A stretch of 64,000 nt of DNA from an uncultured delta proteobacterium (GCA_963826785.1 CAWGYD010000006.1:160001-224000); one strand, 5' to 3'; shown: positions 20,855-31,566, counted from the stretch's first letter. Numbers and translations are program-made. The notes: generated by a model from the letters alone, not told the origin.

Positions 20855-23800
20855 ATGATTGAAATCCCCAATTACGAAATCGGCAAACTGGCCGGCCGCG
20901 GCGGCGTGGCCGAAGTTTACCTGGCCCGGCACAAGCTGCTGGACCGGACGGTGGCCATCAAGCTGATTGCCCCTGCGCACGCCGATGATCTGGCGGACAA
21001 GCGCTTTCTCAAGGAAGCCAAAGTGGTGGCCGGGCTCCGCCACCCCAATATCGTCTCCATCTATGATGTCGGCGTTCTGGCGAACAAGTATTACATCATC
21101 ATGGAATACCTGGAGGGGGGCGACCTCAAACAGCACGTCAAACGCGGGCTTTCCATCACCCAGAGCCTGGCCATCACCCGCCAGATCGCCTCTGCCCTGG
21201 CAAACGCCCACGACAAGGGGTTCATCCACCGGGATATCAAATCGCAGAATATCATGTTCCGCGGGGACGGCACGGCGGTGCTCACCGATTTCGGCATCGT
21301 CAAGGACCTGAGGGCCGAAACCGGGTACACGCTGGACGGCACCAGCATCGGCACCCCCCATTATATGAGCCCGGAGCAGGCCCAGGGCGCCGCGAAAATC
21401 GACTGGCGGACCGACCTGTACAGCCTGGGGGTGACCTTTTACGAAATGCTCACGGGATCGCCCCCCTACAATGCCGATTCCGCCATCGCGGTGGCCTTGA
21501 AGCACATCAAGGATCCGGTTCCCCGGCTGCCGGACCACCTGATCCGGTTTCAACCGGTCATCGACAAATTGATGGCCAAAAATCCCGAGGACCGGTTCCA
21601 GTCCGCCCATGACCTGATTGTCGCCATCGAACGCCTGGAAGGCAAGGATACGCCCACCGAAGCCTTCGCAGCCGTCACCCAGGTGCTGGTTCCGGAGAAA
21701 AAAATCAGCCCGCTGAGGATCTTTATCGCCGTGGCCGCCATCAGCATCGTGGGCGGAATGGTGATGCTCAACTGGCCGGACATTGTGGATTTAATGGACG
21801 GCCATCAGCTCCTGGAAAGATCCCAGGCCCGGGAGGATAATCGCAACGGGTCCGCAGACGGGAAATCCACCGGAGCGGCATCCGGCTGGAAAGGCGTATT
21901 TGCCACCGGCCGGTCCGGGCGAATCAACGAGAAGCTGCTCTCCAGGGCCATCTCCAACAAGGACTACGCTTCCGCGCTGGATTACATTTTGAAAACCCGG
22001 AAGGAAATGCCCGCGGTCGAAAATGAAATGATCATCAAAGCCGACCGGTTCCTGGCGTCGGGACAGCTGACCAATGCCGCAGATATTTACAACACCGTTA
22101 TTTCCGTGGACCCGGAGAATGCATCGGCCGTGCTCGGCCTGATGAATGCAGCCATTGAAAAGCAGGTGGAAATCACCGGCCGGGAAAAGCCCTCCATTGC
22201 CGATCATGAATCGCTGCTGGGACTGCAGAACAAGGCCATCGGGAGCACCGGTTTCAATGTTTTCAAGCTGCTGCAGATCAACACGGTGGAATCGCTGTTT
22301 GAAAACGCGAAAAGCCGCTATGCGCAGTCGGACTTCCAGTCGGCCGACCGCTGGGTGCAGGCCGGATTGAAATATGCCCCGGACCACCTGCGGCTCAAAA
22401 AGTTAAATTTTCGCATCAAGGCGCAGATCTGCTTCGATCAGGACCGCCTGACCCTGCCGGAGGAAGATAACGCGCTGACCTTTTACCGGCAGATCCTGCT
22501 TCTTGACCCGGAAGATCCCGGGGCAAAAGAGGGCATCGCCAAAATCGTCTCCCGATACCGGGACATGGCCAAAGCCGCCCGGGAGGAGAAAAAATATGCG
22601 GATGCCGCCGAACTCATGGCCAAGGCCCGTTTGATCGCACCGGAAGACGTGGAGCTAAAGGCCGCCGAATGGATGATCCTGGGGGACATGTATTTTGAAC
22701 AAGGAAGATACACGGCCCCGGAAAATGAAAATGCGCTGAATTATTACCGCAAGGTGCTGGTGCTGGAGCCGGGGCAGCCCCGGGCGGCCGAACGGATCGC
22801 TGAAATCGAAGTGCGTGCGCCGCTGCAGCAGGTCCGGCAGGCAAAGACCACCGCGGAAAAAATCCCCGCATACCGGAATCTTTTTGCCTCGATTGAATCC
22901 GCATCGGGACAGAACACTTCCCGGCAGATGGATGCGCTGCAGGACATGATCGCATCCCAGGTTAAATCCGACATCGATGATCTGAAGAAAAAAAAATCGC
23001 TCATTCCGATCGAGTTTGTCGAACTGATATCCGCCCGCTTCCCGCAGATGAAGCCGGACCTGGCAGCCGCCCGGTACGACATTCTACTGGCCCGGGGCGA
23101 TGCCTCGGCGCCCGAAGCGAAAAGCGCCGAATTCTACATCCAGGCCCTGGCCCTGAATCCCGACGGCGCCCCGGCCCGCAGCCGGATCGAAAACCAGGTC
23201 ACCCGGCTCTATGACAGCGGCAAGAGCAGCGAAGCCGAGGCCATTTTGAAACAGGCGATGCAGACCACGGGCAAAGACGCCGGATTTGACCGGATGTTAA
23301 AGACCATCCGGGCGCTCCAGGCGGAAAAAACCGGGTTGTATGAAATGATGCATCGCATAAAGCAGCTGCCGTCCCTGCCGGAAAAGGCCGACACCTATTT
23401 CGCTCTTTTTTCCCGGATGGATGCGGCCATGTCCCGCTACGGAGCCAAAAAGCTGACGGATGTAAAAACCGCCGTTGCCGCACAGATCAGGGCCGATGTC
23501 GACCGCCAGAAACAAAACCGCCAGATCATCCCCCCGGCGTTTCTGGCCCAGGCGGCCAGAAATTTCCCGGAGATCAGCGATGATCTGTTCCAGGCCCAGT
23601 ATGACATCCTGATCGCCCGGGGAGATGCCGGCGCAACGGCCCACCCGGAAGCAGATTACCTGGAAGCGCTGAAACTGGCCCCGGACAGGGCCGACGCCAG
23701 GGTCCGCATCGAACAGATGGCCCTTCAACTCGATCGGACCGGCAGCAACGCCGATGCGGTGGCCCTTCTTCGACAGGGGGCCGGCATCGCCCCGGATCAT

Positions 23801-24160
23801 GAAAGATTTGCGGAACTGGTTCGAAAAATTCAGCGGGTGATCCGGGTATTTGCCACCGCCCAGGGATGCGGAAACCAGAACATCATTATCTATTCGGCCC
23901 CGGTTTCCAGCGAGAGCATTGACCTGTGCATTCAATATGCAAATACAAAGCCCGACACGGTCATCAGCGTGCTGCTGGAAAACCAGAACGGCCAGTCCGT
24001 CGAGGTCCCGGTGGTCTTAAACAACGCGTCCGGCAACAAGGGGGTGACCATAGATGCCCCGGTGGAAGGATTTATGACCGGCACCTATTCAATCTCTGTG
24101 AAACAAAACGATAAGATCTTATCGGAAACCCAAATCGAATTTGTTCCCAAACGGAGGTGA
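20855..24160 (+). CDS. Membrane Hanks-type Ser/Thr kinase with large extracytoplasmic TPR-like region
   Basis: GRGGVAEVY, VAIK, HRDIKSQN, DFG, GTPHYMSPE; TM at ~aa 287-306. Confidence 0.92.
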   Translation: MIEIPNYEIGKLAGRGGVAEVYLARHKLLDRTVAIKLIAPAHADDLADKRFLKEAKVVAGLRHPNIVSIYDVGVLANKYYIIMEYLEGGDLKQHVKRGLSITQSLAITRQIASALANAHDKGFIHRDIKSQNIMFRGDGTAVLTDFGIVKDLRAETGYTLDGTSIGTPHYMSPEQAQGAAKIDWRTDLYSLGVTFYEMLTGSPPYNADSAIAVALKHIKDPVPRLPDHLIRFQPVIDKLMAKNPEDRFQSAHDLIVAIERLEGKDTPTEAFAAVTQVLVPEKKISPLRIFIAVAAISIVGGMVMLNWPDIVDLMDGHQLLERSQAREDNRNGSADGKSTGAASGWKGVFATGRSGRINEKLLSRAISNKDYASALDYILKTRKEMPAVENEMIIKADRFLASGQLTNAADIYNTVISVDPENASAVLGLMNAAIEKQVEITGREKPSIADHESLLGLQNKAIGSTGFNVFKLLQINTVESLFENAKSRYAQSDFQSADRWVQAGLKYAPDHLRLKKLNFRIKAQICFDQDRLTLPEEDNALTFYRQILLLDPEDPGAKEGIAKIVSRYRDMAKAAREEKKYADAAELMAKARLIAPEDVELKAAEWMILGDMYFEQGRYTAPENENALNYYRKVLVLEPGQPRAAERIAEIEVRAPLQQVRQAKTTAEKIPAYRNLFASIESASGQNTSRQMDALQDMIASQVKSDIDDLKKKKSLIPIEFVELISARFPQMKPDLAAARYDILLARGDASAPEAKSAEFYIQALALNPDGAPARSRIENQVTRLYDSGKSSEAEAILKQAMQTTGKDAGFDRMLKTIRALQAEKTGLYEMMHRIKQLPSLPEKADTYFALFSRMDAAMSRYGAKKLTDVKTAVAAQIRADVDRQKQNRQIIPPAFLAQAARNFPEISDDLFQAQYDILIARGDAGATAHPEADYLEALKLAPDRADARVRIEQMALQLDRTGSNADAVALLRQGAGIAPDHERFAELVRKIQRVIRVFATAQGCGNQNIIIYSAPVSSESIDLCIQYANTKPDTVISVLLENQNGQSVEVPVVLNNASGNKGVTIDAPVEGFMTGTYSISVKQNDKILSETQIEFVPKRR

Positions 24161-24166
24161 TTTCTC

Positions 24167-25047
24167 ATGCGAAAGATTCTTCTGGCCCTCATCGTGGCCG
24201 CGGCGTGCACGGGGTGCGCCGCCAACTGCAACAGCATCCAGCAGCAGCTGGACGGCTGCCAGAAAACAATGACCGACCAGGATTTCATCATCAAGAAACA
24301 GGATTCCACCATCCGGCAGAAGGACCAGCAGATCAAGACCCAGGAGGAAACCATCCAGGGCCTGCAGGCCGAAGTTACGGAACTCAGCCGCCGTCTGGAG
24401 ATCAGCGCAAAGGAAAAAGACCGGTCCAGCGACCGCATCAAGAACATCGCCGCCGGCGTCCGGGAATATCTGAAGAAGCAGATGCAGGAGAACCGCAATT
24501 TTCTGACGGACGTGGCACTGGAAGACTTCATCGGCAATGAACTGATCGAACGGGCGCATGCCGGTGAAGAAGGCATGTTCATCATCGACATGGCCAACCC
24601 GATCCCCAGCGGGGGGCAGGTCAACGGCATCGGCGGCTATTTTTCGGGCCCGGCGGACATTGTGGTCAAGCTGCTCCGGCCGGTGGGGCTGGAATACATT
24701 GTCACCTACAACAAGCAGGTCCACGTGGATGCCGAAGGGCCGGGGAGAAAACCGTCGATTTTGACAAACCGCTGATCGTCAAAAAGGATGACATCCTGGC
24801 CTATTATTTCCCCGAAAAAGTGAATGTGCCCTTCGACATCAACATCGGCACCAAAACTTATTCCCGCATGCGTTCGGACAAGTTCGACCAGGGCACCCGG
24901 ATCACCGCGGAAGATATCTGGAACGAGGACCAGGAAAGCCGGAAGTATTCACTGAACTACTATGGGGTATTCTACACCCGGTTCGAATCCTCGGAATTTG
25001 ATGTCATGAGTATTGTGCGGGAAAAAGAAAAATCAGGCACAGAATAG
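24167..25047 (+). CDS. Coiled-coil lipoprotein (frameshift near 24750)
   Basis: Signal MRKILLALIVAAACTGC; heptad region; continues into ORF 24820-25047. Confidence 0.6.
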
Positions 25048-25113
25048 CGCGCATCGATTCTGCTTTTCCTGCGCTTTGGCAATTCTTCGAAACCCTTTTT
25101 CGGAGACGATCCT

Positions 25114-26034
25114 ATGACACGCCAGACCCGACCCGTAGCCGTGGTGTTCGCAGATATTTGCAAGAGTTCCAATCTCTATGAACGACTGGGAAACCAGTCG
25201 GCCCGGGAAATCATCGGCCGGGTGCTCAAACGGCTTTCCACCCTCACCGGCCAGTTCGATGGCCGGGTGGTCAAGACCATTGGAGATGCCGTCCTGTGCA
25301 TCTTTGATTCCGCGGACAATGCGGTGGAGGCGTCCGCCGCCATGCAGGCCGCCATGGCAGACGCCCTGCCCGGCACCCGGGACATGCCGGCGGTCAACAT
25401 CCATATCGGAATTCATTACGGGCCCGTTATCATCGAAAATGACGATATTTTCGGTGATGTGGTCAATGTCACCGCCCGGGTGGCGGATTACGCCAACCCC
25501 CGGCAGATTGTGGCCACCCGGACGGCCTTTGATCACCTTTCATGCACTTCCCTGCGGTGCAAGAAATTTCTCTCCAGGATCACCGCCAAAAATATCACCG
25601 GCGAGATCGAACTCTATGAAGTGCTTCTGGAGGACCAGCAGACCACGCTGGTCCTCGACTCCCGCAGATTATTCGATGCCTCCGGCATCAGCCTGTTTCT
25701 GGTCCGGGGCGGCCAGGTGCTCATCATCGATGCACAGCGCCCCACGATATCGGTGGGGCGCGAGGAGTTCAACGACATCTGCATCAAATGCTCCTGGATA
25801 TCCAGGACCCACGCCTACATCGAAAACCGCAGCGGCACCTTCATGCTCAAGGACAAGAGCACCAACGGGACCTATATCTACCCGGAAGATGCCAGGCCCA
25901 TCTATATCAACAAGGGCGAACACCCGCTGACGGGAAAAGGCGTCATCGTTTTCGGCCGGCAGAAAACGGAAGCCGATACCGCCGACCTGGACATCCTTCA
26001 GTATTCCGCCAACGGCAGCCCGAGTCAGAATTAG
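25114..26034 (+). CDS. Class III adenylate cyclase with C-terminal FHA domain
   Basis: FADICKS, VKTIGDA, IGIHYG, DIFGDVVNVTARV; VGR...ISRTHA...DKSTNGT. Confidence 0.88.
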   Translation: MTRQTRPVAVVFADICKSSNLYERLGNQSAREIIGRVLKRLSTLTGQFDGRVVKTIGDAVLCIFDSADNAVEASAAMQAAMADALPGTRDMPAVNIHIGIHYGPVIIENDDIFGDVVNVTARVADYANPRQIVATRTAFDHLSCTSLRCKKFLSRITAKNITGEIELYEVLLEDQQTTLVLDSRRLFDASGISLFLVRGGQVLIIDAQRPTISVGREEFNDICIKCSWISRTHAYIENRSGTFMLKDKSTNGTYIYPEDARPIYINKGEHPLTGKGVIVFGRQKTEADTADLDILQYSANGSPSQN

Positions 26035-26047
26035 AATCGAATCCGGA

Positions 26048-26917
26048 ATGAAAATAATGTCATCGGATGCCCCTGCTCCGGCCGATGGGGTCCGCATCAC
26101 CTGGCTGGGCACGGCCGGCTGCTTCATCACCGATGGGCAGACCGCTTTTTTCATCGATCCCTTTGTCAGCCGGCCCGGGCTGTTAAAAGTGGCCCTGGGC
26201 GTATCGCTTTCACCCCTAAAAGACCTGATCGGCCACTGGTGCCAGAAAACCTGCGGTGCATCGGCGGATGCGGTGATCGTCAGCCATTCCCATTACGACC
26301 ATGCCATGGACGCGCCCTTTTTTGCGGCAGATACCGGGGCGGTGCTGATGGGGTCCCAAAGTACGGCCTGGATCGGCCGCGGCGCCGGGATGGCCGAAGA
26401 CCGGATCCGGATTGTCGCGGCAGACGACCGTATCCGGCTGGGGCGTTTTGACATAAAATTTCTGGAAAGCCGGCATGGTGCGGCCCTGTTCGGCAGCGTG
26501 CCCTGGCCCGGGCAACTGGACAAACCCCTTATCCCGCCGGCAGCGGCATCAAGGTACCGGCTGGGCGAAACATTTACCCTGGTCATCGAACATCCCGCAG
26601 GAACCCTTGTGCACAACGGCAGCGCGGGATATCTGCCCGGCATGTTTGACGGCATCCGCGCGGATGTGGTTCTGCTGGGCATCGCCGGCCGAAAAAACAG
26701 CCGGTCGCTCATCGAAAACATTGTCCTTCCGCTAAAGGCCCGCGTGCTCATCCCCATCCACTTCGACCATTTCTTTTCTCCGCTGCCCGGACCGGAAGAA
26801 TCCATCCGCAGCCTGTGGGGCGTTGGTTTAAAGGAATTCACCCGGTCCGCAGCCGCATACGCAGACATCTTCGGGGTGCGCTGGATTCCCATTGGAAAGC
26901 CCGTGGCTGTATTTTAA
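26048..26917 (+). CDS. MBL-fold metallo-hydrolase
   Basis: WLGTAG, IDPF, SHSHYDHAMD, PIHFD. Confidence 0.85.
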   Translation: MKIMSSDAPAPADGVRITWLGTAGCFITDGQTAFFIDPFVSRPGLLKVALGVSLSPLKDLIGHWCQKTCGASADAVIVSHSHYDHAMDAPFFAADTGAVLMGSQSTAWIGRGAGMAEDRIRIVAADDRIRLGRFDIKFLESRHGAALFGSVPWPGQLDKPLIPPAAASRYRLGETFTLVIEHPAGTLVHNGSAGYLPGMFDGIRADVVLLGIAGRKNSRSLIENIVLPLKARVLIPIHFDHFFSPLPGPEESIRSLWGVGLKEFTRSAAAYADIFGVRWIPIGKPVAVF

Positions 26918-27161
26918 AACCGCTTCTGCAGGCCACTCAAAAAGCAGATAGCGGGCTGTTTCCTTTTTTGAAGGGTCTTGCCATTGACAGCAGAGGCGCG
27001 GACCGGCATATTCAATGTTTTTACAGATGGAACTTTCGGTCTCCCCTGTGAACGTGATCGTGCACGTGCACGAAAAACCGGAACTTTCTTGAAAGTGCCC
27101 CACCCCGTTGCGCGGTGTTTTTGCAGCAAGGAGTTTTCGGATCGTAACGGCCACCGCCGGT

Positions 27162-27368
27162 ACACCCCCCTTTAATTCCCCCCTCAAGGGGGGATTAGGG
27201 CTTACGATCAAATTCCTAACTTTAGGGGGGAACTCCTTTTCTTATTCCCTCCTGCGAGGGGGGACTCCTTTTTTAATTCCCCCCTGCGAGGAGGGATTCC
27301 TTTTTTAATTCCCCCCTGCGAGGGCTCCTTTTTTATTCCCCCCTTGAGGGGGGACCAAGGGGGGTGTT
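27162..27368. repeat. Array of REP-like palindromes (~31-bp degenerate tandem units between inverted terminal copies)
   Basis: Repeated TTTT(A)ATTCCCCCCTGCGAGGGGGGACTCC units; ends ACACCCCCC...CCCTCAAGGGGGG and CCCCCCTTGAGGGGGG...GGGGGGTGT. Confidence 0.8.
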
Positions 27369-27484
27369 CGAACTGACGGAAACAAAAAAATAAAACTTAT
27401 TTAAACCGCTTGCCAAATTAAGTCCCTGGAATCCAAATTAAATCCATCTTAGAAAAGGGAGGAATTTTGGCACGCCAATATTTT

Positions 27485-27520
27485 AAATCCCCCCCACCCC
27501 CCTTTGCGAAAGGGGGGAGG
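27485..27520. repeat. REP-like palindrome, variant 2
   Basis: AAATCCCCCCCACCCCCCTTTGCGAAAGGGGGGAG; inverted homolog at 58311-58348. Confidence 0.65.
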
Positions 27521-27556
27521 AAATGACACCAAAACGACTAGTGGAGTAGCAATCAT

Positions 27557-28120
27557 ATGGACAAGCAGGAATCCTTTTATGAATCCATCCAAAGCATGAT
27601 TCCCAAAAATTTCCCCGAAAACGTCATAGCGATCCACCGCCGGGTCGACGCCTGTGCGGCCGGGCTTTCAGGACGACATGCGGGCCGGCTCAAATGCCGG
27701 AAAACCTGTCATGACTGCTGCAGAGACGAGATTACCGTCTTTGAAGTGGAGGCCGAGGTCATCCGGATTTTTCATGCTGAATTGCTGAGAGCGGGAATGC
27801 CGCATCCGAAAGGAAAGTGTGCATTTCTGGATGCCGATGGCATTTGCCGGATTTACGAACACCGCCCTTATGTCTGCCGCACCCAGGGGCTTCCGCTCCG
27901 ATGGATCGAGGAGCAGGAAACCGAAACAGGCGAACTGGAGATCGTCGAATACCGGGACATCTGCCCCCTCAACGAAGAAGGGGTGCCCGTCGAACGGCTT
28001 GACGAAGATGACTGCTGGACACTCGGTCCGGTGGAAGGGGAACTTGCCGCCCTGGAACAGGCACTCGACAACGGAAAAATGCGGCGAATTTTACTGAGAG
28101 ATCTCTTCACCCGCAGATGA
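27557..28120 (+). CDS. YkgJ-family cysteine-cluster protein
   Basis: CRKTCHDCC...CAFLDADGICRIYEHRPYVCR. Confidence 0.85.
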   Translation: MDKQESFYESIQSMIPKNFPENVIAIHRRVDACAAGLSGRHAGRLKCRKTCHDCCRDEITVFEVEAEVIRIFHAELLRAGMPHPKGKCAFLDADGICRIYEHRPYVCRTQGLPLRWIEEQETETGELEIVEYRDICPLNEEGVPVERLDEDDCWTLGPVEGELAALEQALDNGKMRRILLRDLFTRR

Positions 28121-28407
28121 AACGCAATTTCCAGAAATCATTAAGCCATTAATATTTTATCGAATAGTCTATGAAAAAATCATCATTTTTTGACAACAGC
28201 GAAAAGCCGATTATTTATGATTTTATGACACGTCTGTTGGAAACATCTCTTCGCTGAATAGAAAATTATTCTTCGCTCTTCCTCCTGAATGCCGGCAGGC
28301 ATGTCGCAGTCACCATCCCTTTTTCAAAAAATTGAAAAAAATAATAAGGTTGGCCGAAGCAAGCGGCACGTGTCGATCATCCACCATTTCAAAGGGGGAA
28401 AACAGCA

Positions 28408-29154
28408 ATGAAAATGTTCAAATTATTTATGGTACTGATCTTAACATCAGTTTTACCGATGGCCCTGGGCGGATGCAGCTGGGATTTCAACAATCCCTAT
28501 GCCGACGAGTGGGATGTCCAGATCGTGGGCGATTCGGTGTTTGACCTTTCAGGGGATATTCATGATGTCCTGCAGTATCTTTCCGGCAAATCCTACAAAG
28601 ACCGCTCGGTCAGCGGCGCCAAGATCGCGGCCATCGACAGCCAGCTGGCCAAAGCTGAAAGCCGGTCTTCCCTGAAAAGCGTTATTGCGGACGGCGGCGC
28701 GAACGATATCCTCCAGGGCACTGCGGATTGCGATACGGATCCCCTGACCTCGGGCTGCCTCGACGTGCTGGACTATGTGAATGACAAGATGTGGAACATG
28801 ATCCTCGACATGTATTACGGCCCCTCGGACAGCCACGTCTGGATGGGCTATTATCATGTCAAGGCAAGTGAAGTTGAGAAAAATGAAGCCATCGACTATG
28901 TCTATGACAACGCATACCCTGACCTGTTCGATTTTACACCATACGGCGGCACCGCGTATGCGGGGACGGTTTCCGGTTATGGCGAATATTACGGCAGCAC
29001 CTTGAATGGATTTTCAATTGCCGTGGCGGACCCGAGGGACTTCATTTTCCCAACAGACATTAAATCAGATGATATCCATCCCACCTACAGCGGCTCGGAA
29101 AAACTGGCCAACCTGATCTGGGGTGTGATGGTGCAGAAGAACTTCTATCGTTAA
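28408..29154 (+). CDS. SGNH/GDSL hydrolase lipoprotein
   Basis: Lipobox LGGC; VGDS, VSGA, DGGAND, DDIHP blocks. Confidence 0.82.
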   Translation: MKMFKLFMVLILTSVLPMALGGCSWDFNNPYADEWDVQIVGDSVFDLSGDIHDVLQYLSGKSYKDRSVSGAKIAAIDSQLAKAESRSSLKSVIADGGANDILQGTADCDTDPLTSGCLDVLDYVNDKMWNMILDMYYGPSDSHVWMGYYHVKASEVEKNEAIDYVYDNAYPDLFDFTPYGGTAYAGTVSGYGEYYGSTLNGFSIAVADPRDFIFPTDIKSDDIHPTYSGSEKLANLIWGVMVQKNFYR

Positions 29155-29290
29155 ACAACTGCTTCTCAATTTTTGATCCGGCGCTGCCTGCTTGCTAGGC
29201 CAACATGTCAACGCGCCCGGATTTCAATTGTGTCATACCCCCTTGAAGTGGTCAGGGGGTATCCCTCGAAATCATAACGCATCACCATTT

Positions 29291-29422
29291 GATGAAGCCG
29301 TAAAAAGTCGGATTTTACGCTTTCGTCATTCCGGCGGAGGCCGGAATCTACTACAAACTAAGGTGGTTATAGACTCCGGTTTTCACCGGAGTGACGAACT
29401 TCGGACTTTTTACGGGTTCATC
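29291..29422 (+). mobile_element. 132-bp palindromic MITE-like element (intergenic copy)
   Basis: Terminal inverted repeats GATGAAGCCGTAAAAAGTC / GACTTTTTACGGGTTCATC; internal GTCATTCCGGCGGAGGCCGGAATC hairpin; near-identical copy at 40911-41042. Confidence 0.88.
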
Positions 29423-29461
29423 ATCATCTGAACTGATTTAAAAACATGCAAGGGTAAAAAA

Positions 29462-30190
29462 ATGGGGAAAAAAACAGCCATTGTCAGCATCGTATTATTG
29501 GCCGTCATGATTGCAGGCGGCATCCTCGTCTTAAAGTACGATAATCCGTCAATTCAGGATAACCTATCAGAACTCAAGGATATTTCACCGGATAAGGCCA
29601 TACGCCCCGGGCAGGAAAAGGCGCCGCTTCAAAAAAGGCCTGTTCGGGAATCGGAATCAGCCCTTAAACCCGTGGCCGCAAAAACTCCCGGAAAAATGGG
29701 CGCAGATGGCCTCAAAACGCTGGAACAGCCGGCTGAACCCGCGCCGGTCGTTCATCCCGAATACATCGAGGAGATCAAGGAGCAGATTTACGCCAGGGAG
29801 ATCGAAAGCGTGGAGCAGATTGAGCTGCTTGATGAACTGGTCCAGACCGGAGACAAGGATACCCGGGCGTTCTGGGGGGACGGCTGGACCAGCGTGGACG
29901 ACTGGAAAGAAAACAACAACGGCTTTGTGCTTGAAAAAAAGGATGACGGCACACTTGTTTTTGATCCGGATTCCGAGACGGCCAAAACCTACACCTTCTT
30001 CGAGAATCCCCAGACCTACAAGTATGATGAGGAAAACAGGGAATTTGTCAACGAGGTCGATTATTACGGCAAAACCATTTACAATGTTGCCAAGTTCATC
30101 AACAACGATGTGCTGGTGATGATGACCATCAGCGGGCGGAAGGTGGATCTCAATATCTACCAGAAAAACGCGGGCCAGATCGCCAATTGA
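29462..30190 (+). CDS. Hypothetical protein with N-terminal membrane anchor
   Basis: 242-aa ORF, N-terminal TM, coding-like composition. Confidence 0.65.
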   Translation: MGKKTAIVSIVLLAVMIAGGILVLKYDNPSIQDNLSELKDISPDKAIRPGQEKAPLQKRPVRESESALKPVAAKTPGKMGADGLKTLEQPAEPAPVVHPEYIEEIKEQIYAREIESVEQIELLDELVQTGDKDTRAFWGDGWTSVDDWKENNNGFVLEKKDDGTLVFDPDSETAKTYTFFENPQTYKYDEENREFVNEVDYYGKTIYNVAKFINNDVLVMMTISGRKVDLNIYQKNAGQIAN

Positions 30191-30199
30191 GCATCCGCA

Positions 30200-30973
30200 T
30201 CACTCGCCGATGCGACCTTCGATCCGGATCTTAAATTCCGGACGGGCGCTGTTGTCGGTCTGCACGAACAGCACATCCTGGTAGGGCCCCGGCTGCTTGC
30301 GGGTATTCCTGACGGTTATTTCATAGGCTTTTTGGCCGTTTTCGCGGATTTCTTTATAGTCGTAGTCAAACCACACGCCCTTTCGGGTTTTGATGCCGGT
30401 AATGTTAAACGGGTAATTCTCGTTGGGGATGACGATCGATTTTTTGACGATTTCCTCCCCCGGCGATCCTTTCAGCCATATGCGGTAGGGATTTAAGGCC
30501 GCAAACTCCTTGACGTACAACGAAATATCAATGGTGATCTCGGGGCGCGCCGGGTCATTCGTCTCCGCCCGGATGGTCCCGTTGATCTCCTTGCCGCCCC
30601 GGGAATCGGTGAGCAGAAGCACCGAAATTCTCCCGGTCATGCCCGGCCCGATGGTCTGGGAGTATGACGAAACCACCGTTCCGCAGCAGCCCTCGGCCTT
30701 GGTCAGCTTGAGAATCTCGCCGGAATCATTTTTGATGATAAAGTCGTGCTTGATAATATCCCCCTGCAAAGCCGGTTCAAAAACATAGGAGCTGTGCGGC
30801 TTTTCGACAACGGAGCTGGAGTAGATGGGCTCCATATCGCGTCCGGCATAAAAATTTATTTCTTTTCTGCCGCTGTTTTCCGAGGCCTTTTTATCATTTC
30901 TGCAGGAGGGAAAAATGATCCCCATTATCATCAGGCCGAGCAGGATCATGCTGAAATTCTTTTTTAATCGCAT
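30200..30973 (-). CDS. DUF1573-like (Ig-fold) lipoprotein
   Basis: Signal ending FPSC; HDFIIKNDSGEILKL...GCCGT...IGPG...TNDP. Confidence 0.72.
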   Translation of the reverse strand: MRLKKNFSMILLGLMIMGIIFPSCRNDKKASENSGRKEINFYAGRDMEPIYSSSVVEKPHSSYVFEPALQGDIIKHDFIIKNDSGEILKLTKAEGCCGTVVSSYSQTIGPGMTGRISVLLLTDSRGGKEINGTIRAETNDPARPEITIDISLYVKEFAALNPYRIWLKGSPGEEIVKKSIVIPNENYPFNITGIKTRKGVWFDYDYKEIRENGQKAYEITVRNTRKQPGPYQDVLFVQTDNSARPEFKIRIEGRIGE

Positions 30974-31169
30974 CTTAAAATCCTTTTAAACGGGTTGACG
31001 ATTTATCCAAATCTATATTGATGAGATGATACGATGTCAAGTCGCCGGCTTTCCGGCATATCCGAAATACTCGATGCAACTGTTGATTTTTCAGGTATTT
31101 TATGGCCGTTTGACACCCGGTCGCATTAGTGCCATATTTTCATAATCCGACACATGGCATCTCGCCCCG

Positions 31170-31500
31170 GCGACACCCCCCCTGCCCCCCCTCAAGGGGG
31201 GAATCAAAAAGGAGCGTCCCCAAGAGGGAATCGAAAGAGTCCTCAAAGGGGAGTCGAAAAGGGGCCTCCCACCAATCCAATCCCCCCTTGAGGGGGGCCA
31301 GGGGGGTGTCGGGGTGTCGGGGGCGTCCCCCAAAGGGAAATCGATAAAGTCCCCAAAGGGGAATCGAAAGAGTCCTCAAAGGGGAGTTGAAAGAGTGTGT
31401 CCTCAAAGGGGAGTCAAAAAGGGGCGCCCCCCCAATCCAATTCCCCCCTTGAGGGGGGCCAGGGGGGTGTCGGGTGTCGGGTGTCGGGGGTGTTCCCCCG
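31170..31500. repeat. Composite REP-like cluster (three full elements plus internal degenerate repeats)
   Basis: CGACACCCCCCC...CCCCCCTCAAGGGGGGAATC, two inverted copies, and repeated CCTCAAAGGGGAGTC. Confidence 0.8.
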
Positions 31501-31566
31501 GCAGCTGCTGCGCGCAAATCTTGCCGCTCCACGCCGCCTAGCTGACAGTTTTACAAGGGTCATCCC

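Noticed and set aside
27162..27368. Possible CRISPR array (also 31170-31500 and 41655-42390)
   Set aside because: Units are degenerate, nearly abutting or irregularly spaced, and the intervening sequences resemble each other; no cas genes. Better explained as REP-like arrays.
28120..28400. Riboswitch in the long leader of the SGNH gene
   Set aside because: No c-di-GMP, SAM, cobalamin or TPP consensus recognisable by eye.
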